From Ruditapes philippinarum (lineage: Eukaryota), in the NCBI RefSeq assembly GCF_026571515.1, contig NW_026853829.1, positions 248,001 to 312,000 on the forward strand: a DNA stretch of 64,000 nucleotides, written 5' to 3'. The position numbers were made by a program, and so were the translations under genes. How positions within the stretch are numbered: the first letter of the stretch is position 1; every line of letters starts with the position of its first letter. Below the pieces are notes generated by a model that saw only the letters and a program-made list of their open reading frames with translations, made no database searches and had not been told where the DNA came from. Positions 39,524 through 52,529 of the stretch are shown one piece after another.

Positions 39524-40547
39524 TTATATTTTCAACAAACAAGAACATTTAGAAAATGATGTTTGTTTCAGACATACGCACAAATTTAATGGACTATTAT
39601 TGCGTTTTGCAGAAAGTTGTAAAATGTTGTTCTGTTTTACGTAAAAATCTAGAGATTTAAAATATTTTGCACAAAAACTTTGTTGTATAGGTGTAAAAAA
39701 ATATATGTTAATTCTGACTAATTTTAACACTGGTCACATGAAAATATGCCATTACCGTGTTATAAGTGATAACGCGGAATTAGTGATGTTCAGTATATAA
39801 TAAATTCTATTTTGTTAATTAATTGTAATTTTTAACCACTCATTGTGTCTTTTATGCAAGAGTATCCCCAAATATTTTCGAATTAAACAAATCTTTCATA
39901 GCAGCAAAAAGACCTCTCGCATGCTTCTTTTTTATAGAAGCAAACTTGTTTTATAACTTACAAGTTCATTAAATTTTGTATGCTCAAATCGAAATCCCTT
40001 ATGTTTAAAGACTAGACTTTTCTCTGTTTTGAATTGCCACAGATTGAATTACAGAACATTGAATTATATCTGGACGAAAAACATAGCAAGCATAAGTTAT
40101 AACTTTGGTATATTTTAATTGAAACAATGAAGACAATGCATGTACTAGGTGACAAAATAATTTAATGTGTATAAAGACATTTACGAACCTTGCTGGTGGT
40201 CATGTTTAAGGGGATGCGTTCATTTAATTCCGCCCTTCCTTGTTGATTTTGTTTTTAATATTTCAAAGATGCAGTAAATATGATAATTTATATCACAGGC
40301 CGTTGATAACGAGCGATACAGGAGCAAGCCAAAAAACATAAATGATTCATCAGGTCCCACGGTTATAAACATTTAAAAAATCTAAACTCAGTACTTAGTT
40401 CCATGCCCCGAGTCCGACCTCAGTGGAGATTTAGCTCAAAGTGAGATTATAAAACGCCTGAGACCGATCTCAGTTGAGCACAAAATGAGTAGAGTTTGTT
40501 ATTTATATAAGTGGCCCGCAGTACCGGAAGTCTACAGTTTGTCTGAT

Positions 40548-40750
40548 AAATATGGAGCCGGCAGAAGTATAATGTGTTCTTCCAAAAACGGATATCAAGG
40601 TGGACAGTAGCAGAGGAGGCCACCGTGATAAGTCTCGTCCATGGGAACGAGAATTTATTGTTTGGTGCCAATGTAGGCCCAAACATGGAGAGCATAAGAT
40701 GATCCCCGCAGAAATGCTGGGATGACATTTGCCAGCAACTGTACAGGTGA
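40548..40750 (+). pseudogene. Myb/SANT-like DNA-binding domain remnant (Harbinger ORF2-like)
   Basis: + frame reads KRISRWTVAEEATVISLVHGNENLLFG...*...CWDDICQQL, fitting the W...EE...LV...LFG...W..I pattern of MSANTD/Harbinger accessory proteins; in-frame stops. Confidence 0.6.
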
Positions 40751-41182
40751 AACAATTGGCATTTGTTTATTAATTTTAAAATGAATGGTTTATTCATGTA
40801 AAATAAATAATTTGACATAATTAAAAGCGTTTCCGCCGAAGTCAGAAAATTATAAATGCATCTAATAAATCCCCCGTATGAGACCCGACAAATTCCCTTG
40901 AAAAAAAAAAAACAGTTATAGTTAATTTCCTTTGCAACCTTGACCTAACTCATGATTTTACGACACAGCGAGAGAGATGTTTTCAAGTTTTTCCTGCTTA
41001 TGATGGACAAATCACTTTCTTTTAAAAAGGAGATGGGTGGTAAATATTTTGAAAGATGTGTCAGAATGCAACATGTTAATTATACACACACCTTTTAATT
41101 GGTTGAAAGTACACCCGTTGGTTGCGGGTATAACAAATGCGTTTTAAGTAATTATTATAAGCCCAAAACAAATTCGGACAGA

Positions 41183-41940
41183 TTATGCCCCCTTGCGTCC
41201 GTCCGTCCGTTAACAGTTTGATTTCCGGAGCATAACTTAAGTTTCGATTGGCCCACGATATTCAGACTTCATAGGATGATTGTCCATATTGATAAACCTA
41301 AAGCTATAAATTTTTTATAGGATGAACAACCATATCCAAATACATGACCCCTATTGATTTTAGGGTCATAAGGTCAAAGGTCAGGGTCACAATGATCTTT
41401 ACACTGAAAACCATAATTTAAGTTTTATTTGGCCCACAGTGTTTAAACTTCATAGGATGATTGTCAATATTGAGTAGAAGACCTTATTAATTCTTTGGGT
41501 CACAATGTCAAAGGTCACTATTGCCTTAAAACTGAAAACGGTTTTCGCTCAATAACTTCAGTATTAATCAGCCTACAGATGTAAATTGTTCAAGGTTACA
41601 ATGACCTTAACATTGAAAATTGTGGTTTCTGGAGCATAACACAAGTTCCATGATTGCCTATATTAATAAAAATATCCATATCTATATTGGGGTCACAAGG
41701 GCAAAGGTCAATATCAAATGTCCTAAATATTGTAAACAGTTTTTACAACTGTCAAACTTCATAGGATGATCACTTATATTGAGTACATTAATTATACGCC
41801 CCAAAAAAGTGCTTATATTATGTTATACCACTGGCGTCCATCCGTCGTAAATGGCTGTTTTACAGAAGTCACAATTTTTATTTGTATATTCATTCAAGAC
41901 TAACACTTTTCGGGCATATAATATGCTCCGCCTAGCGTTG
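41183..41940 (-). repeat. Decayed HINE-type repeats
   Basis: TTATGCCCCC + (CGTC)n at 41183-41210, repeated AAACTTCATAGGATGAT...AAGGTCA units, and a second end at ~41791. Confidence 0.65.
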
Positions 41941-44900
41941 ATGCAATAGATTGCAGCACAATATATCACAGAAATATACCTCTATAAAAAGAGACAAACA
42001 AAGAAGATAATATATCGGTTATCAGGCTTAAAACTGACTTTTATGTAGTAAGCCCAGGAGGATCCCAAAGTATTCTTAAGGTGCATATGCATTGCATATA
42101 TAAATACTGACTTTAACGTTTTTATATATTACAAGAAAAGCCCGGTTATTCCGTTAATTTATTTCTGTTTCAGACAATCAGGCTGAGAGAAACAGAATAA
42201 TACATCCCTTACAAAAAAGATTCGATGACTCGTGCATAAGAAACAATTATACATTCAATACCATTAGCGTTTGCAAGATGGAATGTTATTTCTTAACATC
42301 GTGTTATATCAAGTAATCGTTTTGTCATTTGACCCTTTTGTAAATTGTGTTTTGTTAAATAGGAAATGACTGTCGGTTAAAGTTGAATTATTCTGATTGA
42401 TTTGCCATGGGACCAATGCATAATTCTTAACGAAAAAGTACGAAAAGATTATCGCAGTGCATTGAATTAACACTAAGGGCAATTCGTCTTAAGAATAGCT
42501 GTATCAACGAAATGTGAAATTGTGTTCGTTTACCATCACAATGTAATTTTGTATTTTCATTCCAATTCAAAGTTAAGATTACATTTTATTGGAAAAAGAA
42601 ATTTTGCTAACCATTTTACTTTCCTTTAATAAATCCATATAAAATATATCCATGTAAACTACAAAGTTAAAAATATTAGTGTCATATTGAGATGTTTGAA
42701 AGCAAGATTCAATACTAAACTTCTAGCATCCACCAGTGCATATAGAACTATCGATAATAATTTTATGTTGTGTAGGTTTAACAGGTTTATGCCCTGTCCT
42801 GTTTGTGTTTGGGGTTCTCTTCGGCTCCTGGCCGCTGGTCATAAATTATGACAATCAACAAATCAAGAATCAATATATGATTTTTTACCTATATAAACTT
42901 AAAAGAACACTGATAACCAGTAAACAGGTATATTAGTTGGGTGCGTGGATTTTGAGGTTAACTACTGTCAAGTATTGCGTCGAATGATCAATACATACGT
43001 GTATATAACGCAGGCTTACTTATACAGTCAGTGTCTTGGTCACTGATCATAACCATATGAGGTAAATATTGGAAAACATACGATTATCTACGAACAAAAA
43101 TAATTACATTTATTGGGTATAATGGGCCTCATAATCGGACTATAACTGTTTAATAATAAATCATACTTTTAAGATATAGAAAGAACGACGCCTATCTACT
43201 ACTTTAGACACCAAATAGCAAATAAGAGTATTTTTATTATAACATCCCTGTATTGTGGCGACTTTCATTTGGTATCGTACAAGTTGCAACACTGATTGGG
43301 GTTTAAACAATCTTTAAATAAATGGATAGATCTACACATAGGAAAAGTCTTTGTTTAAATTTTTAAAATGTTAGAATATTTATTGAACAGTAAGAAGAAA
43401 TATATAAAAAATAATTATACCTTTTACATCTAGTATATTCATTGATCAACTATAAATCTAGTTTAAACAATTTCAATTATTCTCAATTAATTTCTCTGTT
43501 AAATTATCTTATTCTATTTTATACTCTAATTTTCTTTATTTATATTCTGAACTTTCAATATTTTATTCTGATTTTCCATCCCGAAAATCAACTCATTCTC
43601 ATTCTGAATTCTCAGAACAAACTTACTAAATTCAAAAATAAGTTCTATTTATACTGAATGAATTCTGTCAGAATTGGCAGTATTTGGCAGAAAGTGTGAA
43701 GTCAAAAATAGCAGTGGCAGAATTGAGATTAAGCATAGTTCTGCAGAAAAACATACAAATATATTCAGTGGTTATCTTTTATTTATGCAAAGTTCAATTC
43801 AACTGGATATATAAAATGTTATATAAGCATGACATACCCTGAAAACATCATCTGTCAAAACCCAACGTTTATAAGCAAGGAAAAAGCCCACGAGAAATCA
43901 ATGACGTAGAACGCATAATTCAATGACGTAGTACACATAAATGTTTTAAACATGCCGGTAACTCACAATCAGACAAATCATACCAAAATGCAGACAAGAT
44001 CTACCGCTAGAAGGTAATTTAATCGTGAACTTTATATTGAACGGTAAGAGCTTCATCACTGAGAGTAAAAATATTGTAAACAATACCCCACCCACTTTTT
44101 AATCATTATGTAGTAATAAGAAGTTTACACTGAAAAATACTCAATTAAAGAATAATGTAAGCAGAATAACTATTAAATCACCTGATCCTTGCATTATATT
44201 TAAAAACTTATTTCATAACATGCATATAATAACAAACATTCTTACATTACCTTCTAAGTATTGACCCTTTGCCCTTGAATTCCTTGCTCAAGTTATTGTT
44301 CCTAATTTATTATTTATAATTTCTTTGACTGATATATCGTTGTCAAGAGATTCTTAAAACAAAGGTGTATATCATAACATTCTTCAAAAGGGGGCATTGC
44401 AGTACGTCAACAACAATGCTAAATTTGATTATTTTTAAGGTGTGTACTAAGGTGTAGAAAGTATCTGTCAGACTAATTATCTCCATCACAATAAAGCAGC
44501 AAACAAATAAAAGCAACCACTAATGTTAAGGTTTTCATTCGTTTGGTTTTCCAATTATTATCTTAGAACGGATAATTGTCTAAATTATGGTAGCAGTGTG
44601 TTAGTTGGCATACAGAAATGCTAATTAACAGTCTTCACTTCTTCTGTAAAAGGATAACTAATCTTTCTACGGTATTGGTATTTCCTATTTACGTCGCTGC
44701 AAGTGGAAGTTACAAATTTTTTTCACGTTTCGTGTTTTTTTAATGCAGAGGGCTTACATTTTAAATTAATTTCCAGCAGTGGTAGTCCATGTATGAATGG
44801 TGGATGACCTAACTAAACAAGCAAAATAACAAAATTTAAAATATTTATGAGAAAATAATTAAAATGTTATATCAAAATTTATCAATTGAGGTTTCCAATT

Positions 44901-46209
44901 ATCTTTTGAATCCGAAGCTTATCGATGCAATAGATAACATTTTCACAAATAACCCAACATTTCCTAATTGTTTAAAATAACTTACATTTCTTCTGAGTTT
45001 GATACTTTTGATTGCAATGCTGGTTTTGATAGACAAAGTCCATCTTTCTTACATAATAATAACGAATGATGGTATTACAATTTTGGTATTTATATATATT
45101 AGATTATGTAATATAACTCTAATTAAGAAATCACCTGTGCGTGCTTCATTCCGAATTACAGGCTATTAGCCAGTCTGGCAAATCCCAACTGACTTGTTTT
45201 CGGAAATTGCCTTCTCGCAAAGAAAAGAATATGCATTTGTTAATTTTCTAAATGACTTTAGAGAATAACCACTTCTTTTAAGTTCAGGCGCGTGAAAAAT
45301 AGAATCTTCTTCAAGTATATATTTGAAAGTGTGCTATATTTAAAAACATACATTACAAAATAAACGGGAATACATTATATTAATATTATGTATCATATTT
45401 TTATTATTGAAACACAAAACAGATAAACCACGTCGAGATGATACATTTTAAAGGTATGCATATTAAAACAGTACAAAATATTGCATGTATTTATTGGCAT
45501 CATTTCTTCAGTGAAGCCGCCGTTGTTTGTTGTTTTTTTCTGCTGATTTACCAATAATCCTTGATAAATTTTATGTTTTGTGCAGCATGTATACTTTTAC
45601 TGATAGGCGATAGGAAAATACAAGTATATGCCATTACTCAGATTAAATCTTTATTTAATACAGTTAGAATTTAGAATCCTCACTTCAGAAAGTTGAATAT
45701 GTGTTCATTAGTTCATTCTTATGTGCATCTGGATAGTACTTTTGTTATTGAAAAATTTCGGTATTTGTATATCAAAAAAGTTTTACATAAATCCAGAAAA
45801 GTTTTCAATTGACATGTAATAAATTCAATTCATTACTTTTTATAATGAGAGTACCTGTCTTGGGTCGTAAAGGGTTGCGTTCATTGAACGCCGCATTTCC
45901 TTGTTGATCTTGTTTATCATATATTGGTCTGTAGGTCTGTACGTACATGTAGGTAGCCTGTACTATTTACCCTCTTTATCATAAGTATGTTGAACTTTAA
46001 CTTAAGAAACTGATTAGTTATGATTAAAAAAACTGTAAGAAAGGTTTTATTTTAATTCAATATACAGCTATTCAACAAATACGTTTATTTGATATCCTTT
46101 ACATGCTTTTTTCTGTTAGACTTGTATTCAATGCATCAGTTTTCTAGGTACCCGTATACCAAATTATTTTTCACGATTATAGTTGATCCTTATATCATTT
46201 TACTTTTAT

Positions 46210-46560
46210 TTCATAGAGCCAGCATGGTAATTGAGTAGAAGCTTATGTAGATGTAATAAATGTTGCCTGTTTTGGCGAAGCTTGTATCTTCACATTTTTG
46301 CCATCGATGCTGCCATAGCAGAGATAAAGTTTCGCTTCTCGGAGAAACTTCCCACTCATCTTCTGTTTTGGAAATTTAAATGATTCTGTATGTCCTCAAA
46401 CGCACAACAAATAACGGGCAATACGAAACTTGTATAACAGTGACATACACAAGCCCCCGATGGCAATATGAGCGTGATGGCTAGCTTTAATCCAGTAAAA
46501 ACCCCAAGCGCGATTTGCATGTGTCTTAAATTTTAGCCAGGTATCGCAGTTCATTGTGAC
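46210..46560 (-). pseudogene. PIF/Harbinger DDE transposase remnant
   Basis: Minus strand gives MSLLYKFRIAR, FKFPKTEDEW, CYGSIDGK and FYSITMLAL across frameshifts, matching the HARBI1-type motif order. Confidence 0.7.
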
Positions 46561-48261
46561 ACTCACTACCTTTACCGTTGTATTGTAATACAATTAAGGA
46601 TAGTCTAATTGATGTATATAGTTTTTTAATCATTATAAATTATTCAAATACCTATCAAACAACATAGAAGATTAAAATATGATTAAAATATAGGAAACAA
46701 GACCAACAAGGAAAGTGTGACAGTATTAAAGCGTGATAGTGCAGTCCGTGCGTAGTGGTTTCATGAACTCTCATCGCTTTTAGCAATACTTTTTCCAATT
46801 CGTTTATTTATAAGTTCATGAACAGATTTACCACCCATTCTAGTGATTATATTTTTTTATCATGCAACTTACGTGTGTTTGAGTTTGTGACGTTTAATAA
46901 AGGCTTTGTCCAGTATTGTTCACTCCTATTTAGTCTTTGAGGTCTTTTCCCCTTAAGATATAAATGTTTAGACATTAAAAAATTTAAGTTTGGCTGAAGG
47001 AAGTGAAAGAAATCATAAAAGCTTTTATTTTTATTTCTTTAAGTTTTTTTTATATTTGGTGTACTTTAATGGTTTCGAAAACATTTACGCATCGGCCAAT
47101 TACCTGAACAATCGTTTGCTTCGTTTACTTGTTTGCAATCAATACAATTACAATCACAATGTATAGTGATTTAGTATTTTGTATGGATATACAAATACTA
47201 CTTTGTTGACATTTTGCTACTTTTATTACAAACGATTTCACATTTTCATTTTGCAGGTCTTTCTTCAGGTAACAAGCATGTAACAGCTTTAAAACTTTTA
47301 CTTAAACGTTATTAATTTCATATATGCCTTTTCTAAAGAGGTAAACATTTATTCTTTTCAGAAACATAATGTGCCTTTAAAATGAACTTTTATGTTACGA
47401 TGTTATCACGCTACTCCAATTGTCCAATGTGGGAGCGTCATCAGAGATTTGATCAAATAGTTAATACGACGAAAAATAATGTATCCGTCAGAAATAAAGA
47501 TGATATTTTAAGCAGGGGTTGTGTTAAAAGAAACTGTCAATCATAATTTGGAACAATGTCACATGGGGTTAAAAACTGAAGATTACTAAAAAAAAATTCA
47601 ACTTTAACCCATTACTTCAGGAGCATTTTGTGAAAAATGGCTGTTTTCATTGAAAAGTCTCCCGTTACAAGTTCAAATTGCTATAATACTATAAAAACTG
47701 CCTCAATACTAATCAAACTTTGCACAAATGTTGACTGGGCCATTGCCTTTGCAACAACATGCTCAGGCTTAAATTTTCTGTTACCATGGCAACGAGGGGA
47801 CATCTCAAAATTGCCAAAAAACACTATTTCGCGTTGATTTTGTCCATCAAAATTGAATTCAAAGTGCTGCAACTTCTAAATGGATTGAGATAGAGTCAAA
47901 TGCTTTTCAGCTTTTGTTACATGTTACCTTATGATTAATCTGGGGTCATATTTAGCCTCTCACAAGTCCAAAATTTTCTTGGCGATGAGGGGGACTGCCG
48001 CCCCCTTCAAACCCTCTGAACAGAAGGGGGCACATCCCCCTTCTGGCAACCCCCTGATGTATCTTTTGGTTGGGGGCCGCACCGAAAAAGTGGTCACTTT
48101 TTTAACATTTCTTAAAATAAACAAAAAAAACAAACAAGTGTTAATGGCCTAAATAAGGCATTTTTTACCATTTTAGACAACAAAAGGGGAGTGGGGGCTT
48201 GAAAAAGGCGTTTATATCGCGTAATGGATGAAGATAAATTTTATTATTTCTTTTACCGTTT

Positions 48262-48622
48262 TCAACAACCAGTGACTTCTATAGAAATAGTCATAGACTT
48301 CCATAGCAACCAGTTACTCCCCATAGCAACCAGTGAGTCGCATTTAATTTCTATTGCAACCATAGATTTTTTAACACAAAATGAGTTGCCATAGCAACCA
48401 GTGACTTTCCATAGCAACTGGTAAGCATAATTGCAACTATAAACTTTCCATAGCAACCATTGACTTCCATACCAACCACTAACGTTCCATATCAACTAGT
48501 AACTTTCTTTAGCAACTATTGACTTCCATAGCAACAAGTGATTTTCCATAGCAACCAGTATTTTTTATAGCAATCATAGACTTCCATAGCAACAAGAGAC
48601 TTTCCATAGTAACCAGTGGCTT
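48262..48622 (+). repeat. ~20-bp minisatellite (TTCCATAGCAACCAGTGAC); resumes at 54835-55010
   Basis: Repeated CCATAGCAAC core in the same orientation on both sides of the nested insertions. Confidence 0.85.
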
Positions 48623-48799
48623 CTGGATATTTTCTGGTCCTTTGGGATCATGGACCGTTCCGCGACGGATATTTTTAACCAATGAAAGTGATCCGTTTAC
48701 TTCAGTGCGGTATTGCTTGTTGCTACCCGCCATCTTGTGCTCACAAGCTTTCACTTGGCAACTGCTACATCAAAAGTAAATACCGCGGTTTTATTCAAA

Positions 48800-51700
48800 A
48801 TGGTGCGTAGATGTGCCTGGGGAACATGCAATGCAGATTGCAGGTATCCTGATAAGATGATTGGGGTCAGATTCATAACATTTCCTAACCCTAAAACTCA
48901 ATTTGAGAAGTGTTTACGGTGGATAAAGGCATGCGCCCGACCGCATGAACAGTTAAATGTCAGCAGGATTAACAAAAATAAAGTCGTGTGTTCAACGGTA
49001 AGTGAATCTGTAAGAAATGCTGATTTATACATGAAATGATTTACCAAGCCAGGCTGGCTTTTGATCTGTTTGATGTGTGCCACTTTGTGGATACATGTTG
49101 TTGTCAGTTTATTTTGACAGTTCAATTTTAGTCTTCAAAGCAACTTATGAACTAGCCTAATGAACAAGTCTATGCCTGAATAATGTTGAGCCTAAAACTG
49201 GCCAGCCTTAAAAATAATTAACTTCAAAGCAACTTATGAACTAGCCTAATGAACAAGTCTATGCCTGAATAATGTTGAGCCTAAAACTGGCCAGCCTTAA
49301 AAATAATTATAAACTGCTCCAAACTTTTTTATATTTTCATAATACATTTTCTCTTTGACTTTTGTCAGAACATTCATTATCAATTCAGTAAAAAAGCATA
49401 TGTTGATGCATCATGCATTAAAATGGCTAACTTCATGGTGGTAGGCTATAAGTTACAAAAAAATAGTGACCATGAAAATAATATAATTTGTTAGAGGACT
49501 GATCTTTTAACCAATAAGTAAAATAAATATTGGTTATTTTGTTAAGCATACAAAAAATACTGAAAAGCCATTTTATAAATTATGACATTACCCTTTTCAG
49601 CTGGATAAATGGTTACTGTATACAGATCTTTTGTTTCATTTATATGTCATATAGAGCTCTACCTCCAGTATTGTTACTTTTATTTTATTTTTTTTCAAAC
49701 ACAAGTAATCACTATTCAAATAATTACAGCACTTCATGGGAGAAAATGGGCCAACTGATAAATATCCAGATCCCCTGCCAGCTGATGGATCATTGCATCT
49801 CCTACCAGACCACCACCAAGTGCAGGCGGTTGGACTTGGAAGCACCTATATCATTTGACATTTTGGTTGAACAAGAAAAAAACAAAGAGTAAGGTTAAAA
49901 TTTCAAATTTTGTATTTATTCATTAATGATAAGCCTTTGAACAATGGCACTTTTTATTTAAATCATCTGAATTTGTTTACATATCTGTAAAATCAAAAAG
50001 TGAAATAAAATTCAACAAATTTATTACATCAGTATATTTAATAGATAAATAAAAACTTGTTAAACTGACTGTACACAACTGTAACTTCAGTAGAATTTTG
50101 TCACATTGACATGAAAATTTTGAAAGAGAGTCCATGCATGTTTGTCTTAGCCTACACAGAAAGCCTTTTTACTCAATAGTATGCTAATTAACACAGTACT
50201 AAATATTACATGTGTGTTTGTAACAAATAAGGGTATGTTATAATAAACAAATTGATATTTGTTTCTAATAGGAATGAACTTCACTCCATGCTCAAATATA
50301 AATTTTGTAAATTATGAAACAGTCATAATTACTGATACTTATGCATCTTCTTTAATTATTTCAGAAATGTACAAACAACTACAGATGATGGAAATCAAAG
50401 AAATTATGAACTAAGTGGACAATGTGAAGTTGGCTGCCAAACAGACAAAGGTATTGGTCATGACACATTAATCAAATGTCAATATGTAACTTGCACATGT
50501 ATATCATATTTATATGGCCAAGTATAATTTAGTGTAAACTTATATAACCCAAACTTCTATGTAAAGGTTATATTGCAAACAGTTATTTATGCATGGCCAT
50601 ATAAGCTGCAATATGTCATTCACACATTAAATATAGTTTGAAACTATACATTTCCATGACTGCAATGTAAGAAAGGATGAGCATACTGTTCAAAAAAACT
50701 GGCTAACACATTTAGCATATTTGTCATAAATTCAACATCTGGTTCAACACGCTGAACAAACAAGTCGGACTCATTTGGACAATATACAATGAAATCACAG
50801 AATGAACTACCTGTAATCATGAGCTGTCCTTGAACCTGGGCATAGTATGCATGATTTGATTTCAGTACAACCTGGCCATTCTGATCAGTGTGTAAAAAGA
50901 AATTATTTAATTGGCAGCAAGCATCAGCAACAGTCAAGTCTCTGGCACTATAGGGACATTTTATTTCTATAATCCCTACTTTTCCATTATCACAGAGTTT
51001 TCCATCTGGGGTTGCACCTACAAATGGAAACTCATTATTTACAACAAAACCACATTCATGAATGTGTCTTCCAGGAAACTGAGCTAGATATTTAGACTTG
51101 GCTTTGCTCTCATTTCTTTTCCCATAAGATATAGATGGGGCATGAATATCTTTACTGGTAGAAAATAAACGTGACAGTAATTTTTCATTAGGGGGAGATT
51201 TCCTTAACATGATATCACCAAAGTTTGATGCTGTTAGCCTATTTTGTCTAGCTTGATGCCATGTTTCAGACATTGCCTGGTTTCTTGTACATTGCTCTAA
51301 TGTCTGTGGGTCTGTTACTGTATAATGACTTATTAAGTGCTGAAACTTTTCAGGCAGTCTAATTTGTGATGAGTTTGTGACACAGAGGTTACCACAGCCA
51401 TTTGTTGTTACAGGAATCATTGACTTCAAATTTCTTGTCTGAAATCAAAATGCATATATATTATTTCAGAGAATCAAGATGTTCATCTACATGAGGAAAA
51501 CTTGCAGCTAAAAATTCAATTATTGGAGAAAGACAAAGAAATTAATAGACTGAAATCAAAATTACAACATCTGGAAAGAGATATGAAAAAGAAACAACCA
51601 TTTTCTGCAGAAGGAATTAGAAATAGGGAAAAGGATATGAAAAACTTGTTTAAATATTACACTGGAATAACTTATGTCAACTTTTTATTTTTGTTTTCTT

Positions 51701-52529
51701 TTTTGTTTCCAAATTCACAAGAAACTGTTAAATATGGTAGGACTGACACTAAGCTACTATCAAATGAAGATGCACTTCTTCTAGTACTATGCAGATTGAG
51801 ACATGATTTTGGACTGAAAGATTTGGCAATGAGATTTAGTTTATCTTTGCAGTCAACAGGCATTGTATTTAACAAACTCTTAGATATTTTATATTTTAAA
51901 TTTGGTCAGATTTCACTGTGGCCCCCAAGGGATGATATTATATCTAGAATGCCAGCAGAATTTAGAAAAGATTTTCCTACAACCTTAATTATGATAGATG
52001 GAACAGAATTCAAAACTCAAGTACCAAATGCATTAGCTCTTCAAAGTCAAATGTACAGTGATTACAAATCATCTACTACTCTTAAAGCTTTAATTGGGTG
52101 TGACCCAAGTGGATCTGTAATTTTTATTTCTGAGCTTTTTACTGGTTCAATATCAGACAAAATGATCTGTGAAGAAAGTGGATTTTATGCCATATTGAAA
52201 GATTTGTTAAACCATGGTTACATTAATCCAGGTGATGGTATAATGGCTGATAAAGGATTTACAATACAAGAGGAACTTAATAAACTTGGCCTTGTGTTAA
52301 ACATTCCCCATTTTCTTCTTGTTCATCACAAATGTCTTCATCTGATACTTATTTAACTCAAAAAATTGCCAAACACAGAGTTCATGTTGAAAGAGTAATA
52401 GCTAAAGTGAAGACATATAAATTGTTGTCTCATAAAATTCCTACATCATTATTTAAACAAGCTAATAAGATCTGGTCTGTTTGTGCAATACTTACATTAC
52501 ATCAGAGAATATTTGTAAAAGACAAATGA
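48800..52529 (+). CDS. ISL2EU transposase (THAP + HTH + DDE); exons 48800-48997, 49730-49888, 50365-50450, 51470-52529; frameshifted in this sequence
   Basis: THAP C-x4-C...FP...W...CS|HF spans exons 1-2; catalytic motifs IDGTEF, MADKGF and HVER; all introns GT-AG. Frame breaks occur in exon 2 (~49790-49815) and at ~52310. Confidence 0.88.
49133..49309 (+). repeat. Perfect 89-bp-period tandem duplication in transposase intron 1
   Basis: CTTCAAAGCAACTTATG...AAAAATAATTA at 49133 and 49222. Confidence 0.9.

Noticed and set aside
44240-45050. Small minus-strand exons (MDFVYQNQHC...|GTAAGT and 44298-44250)
   Set aside because: The phases do not join directly and I recognise no protein.
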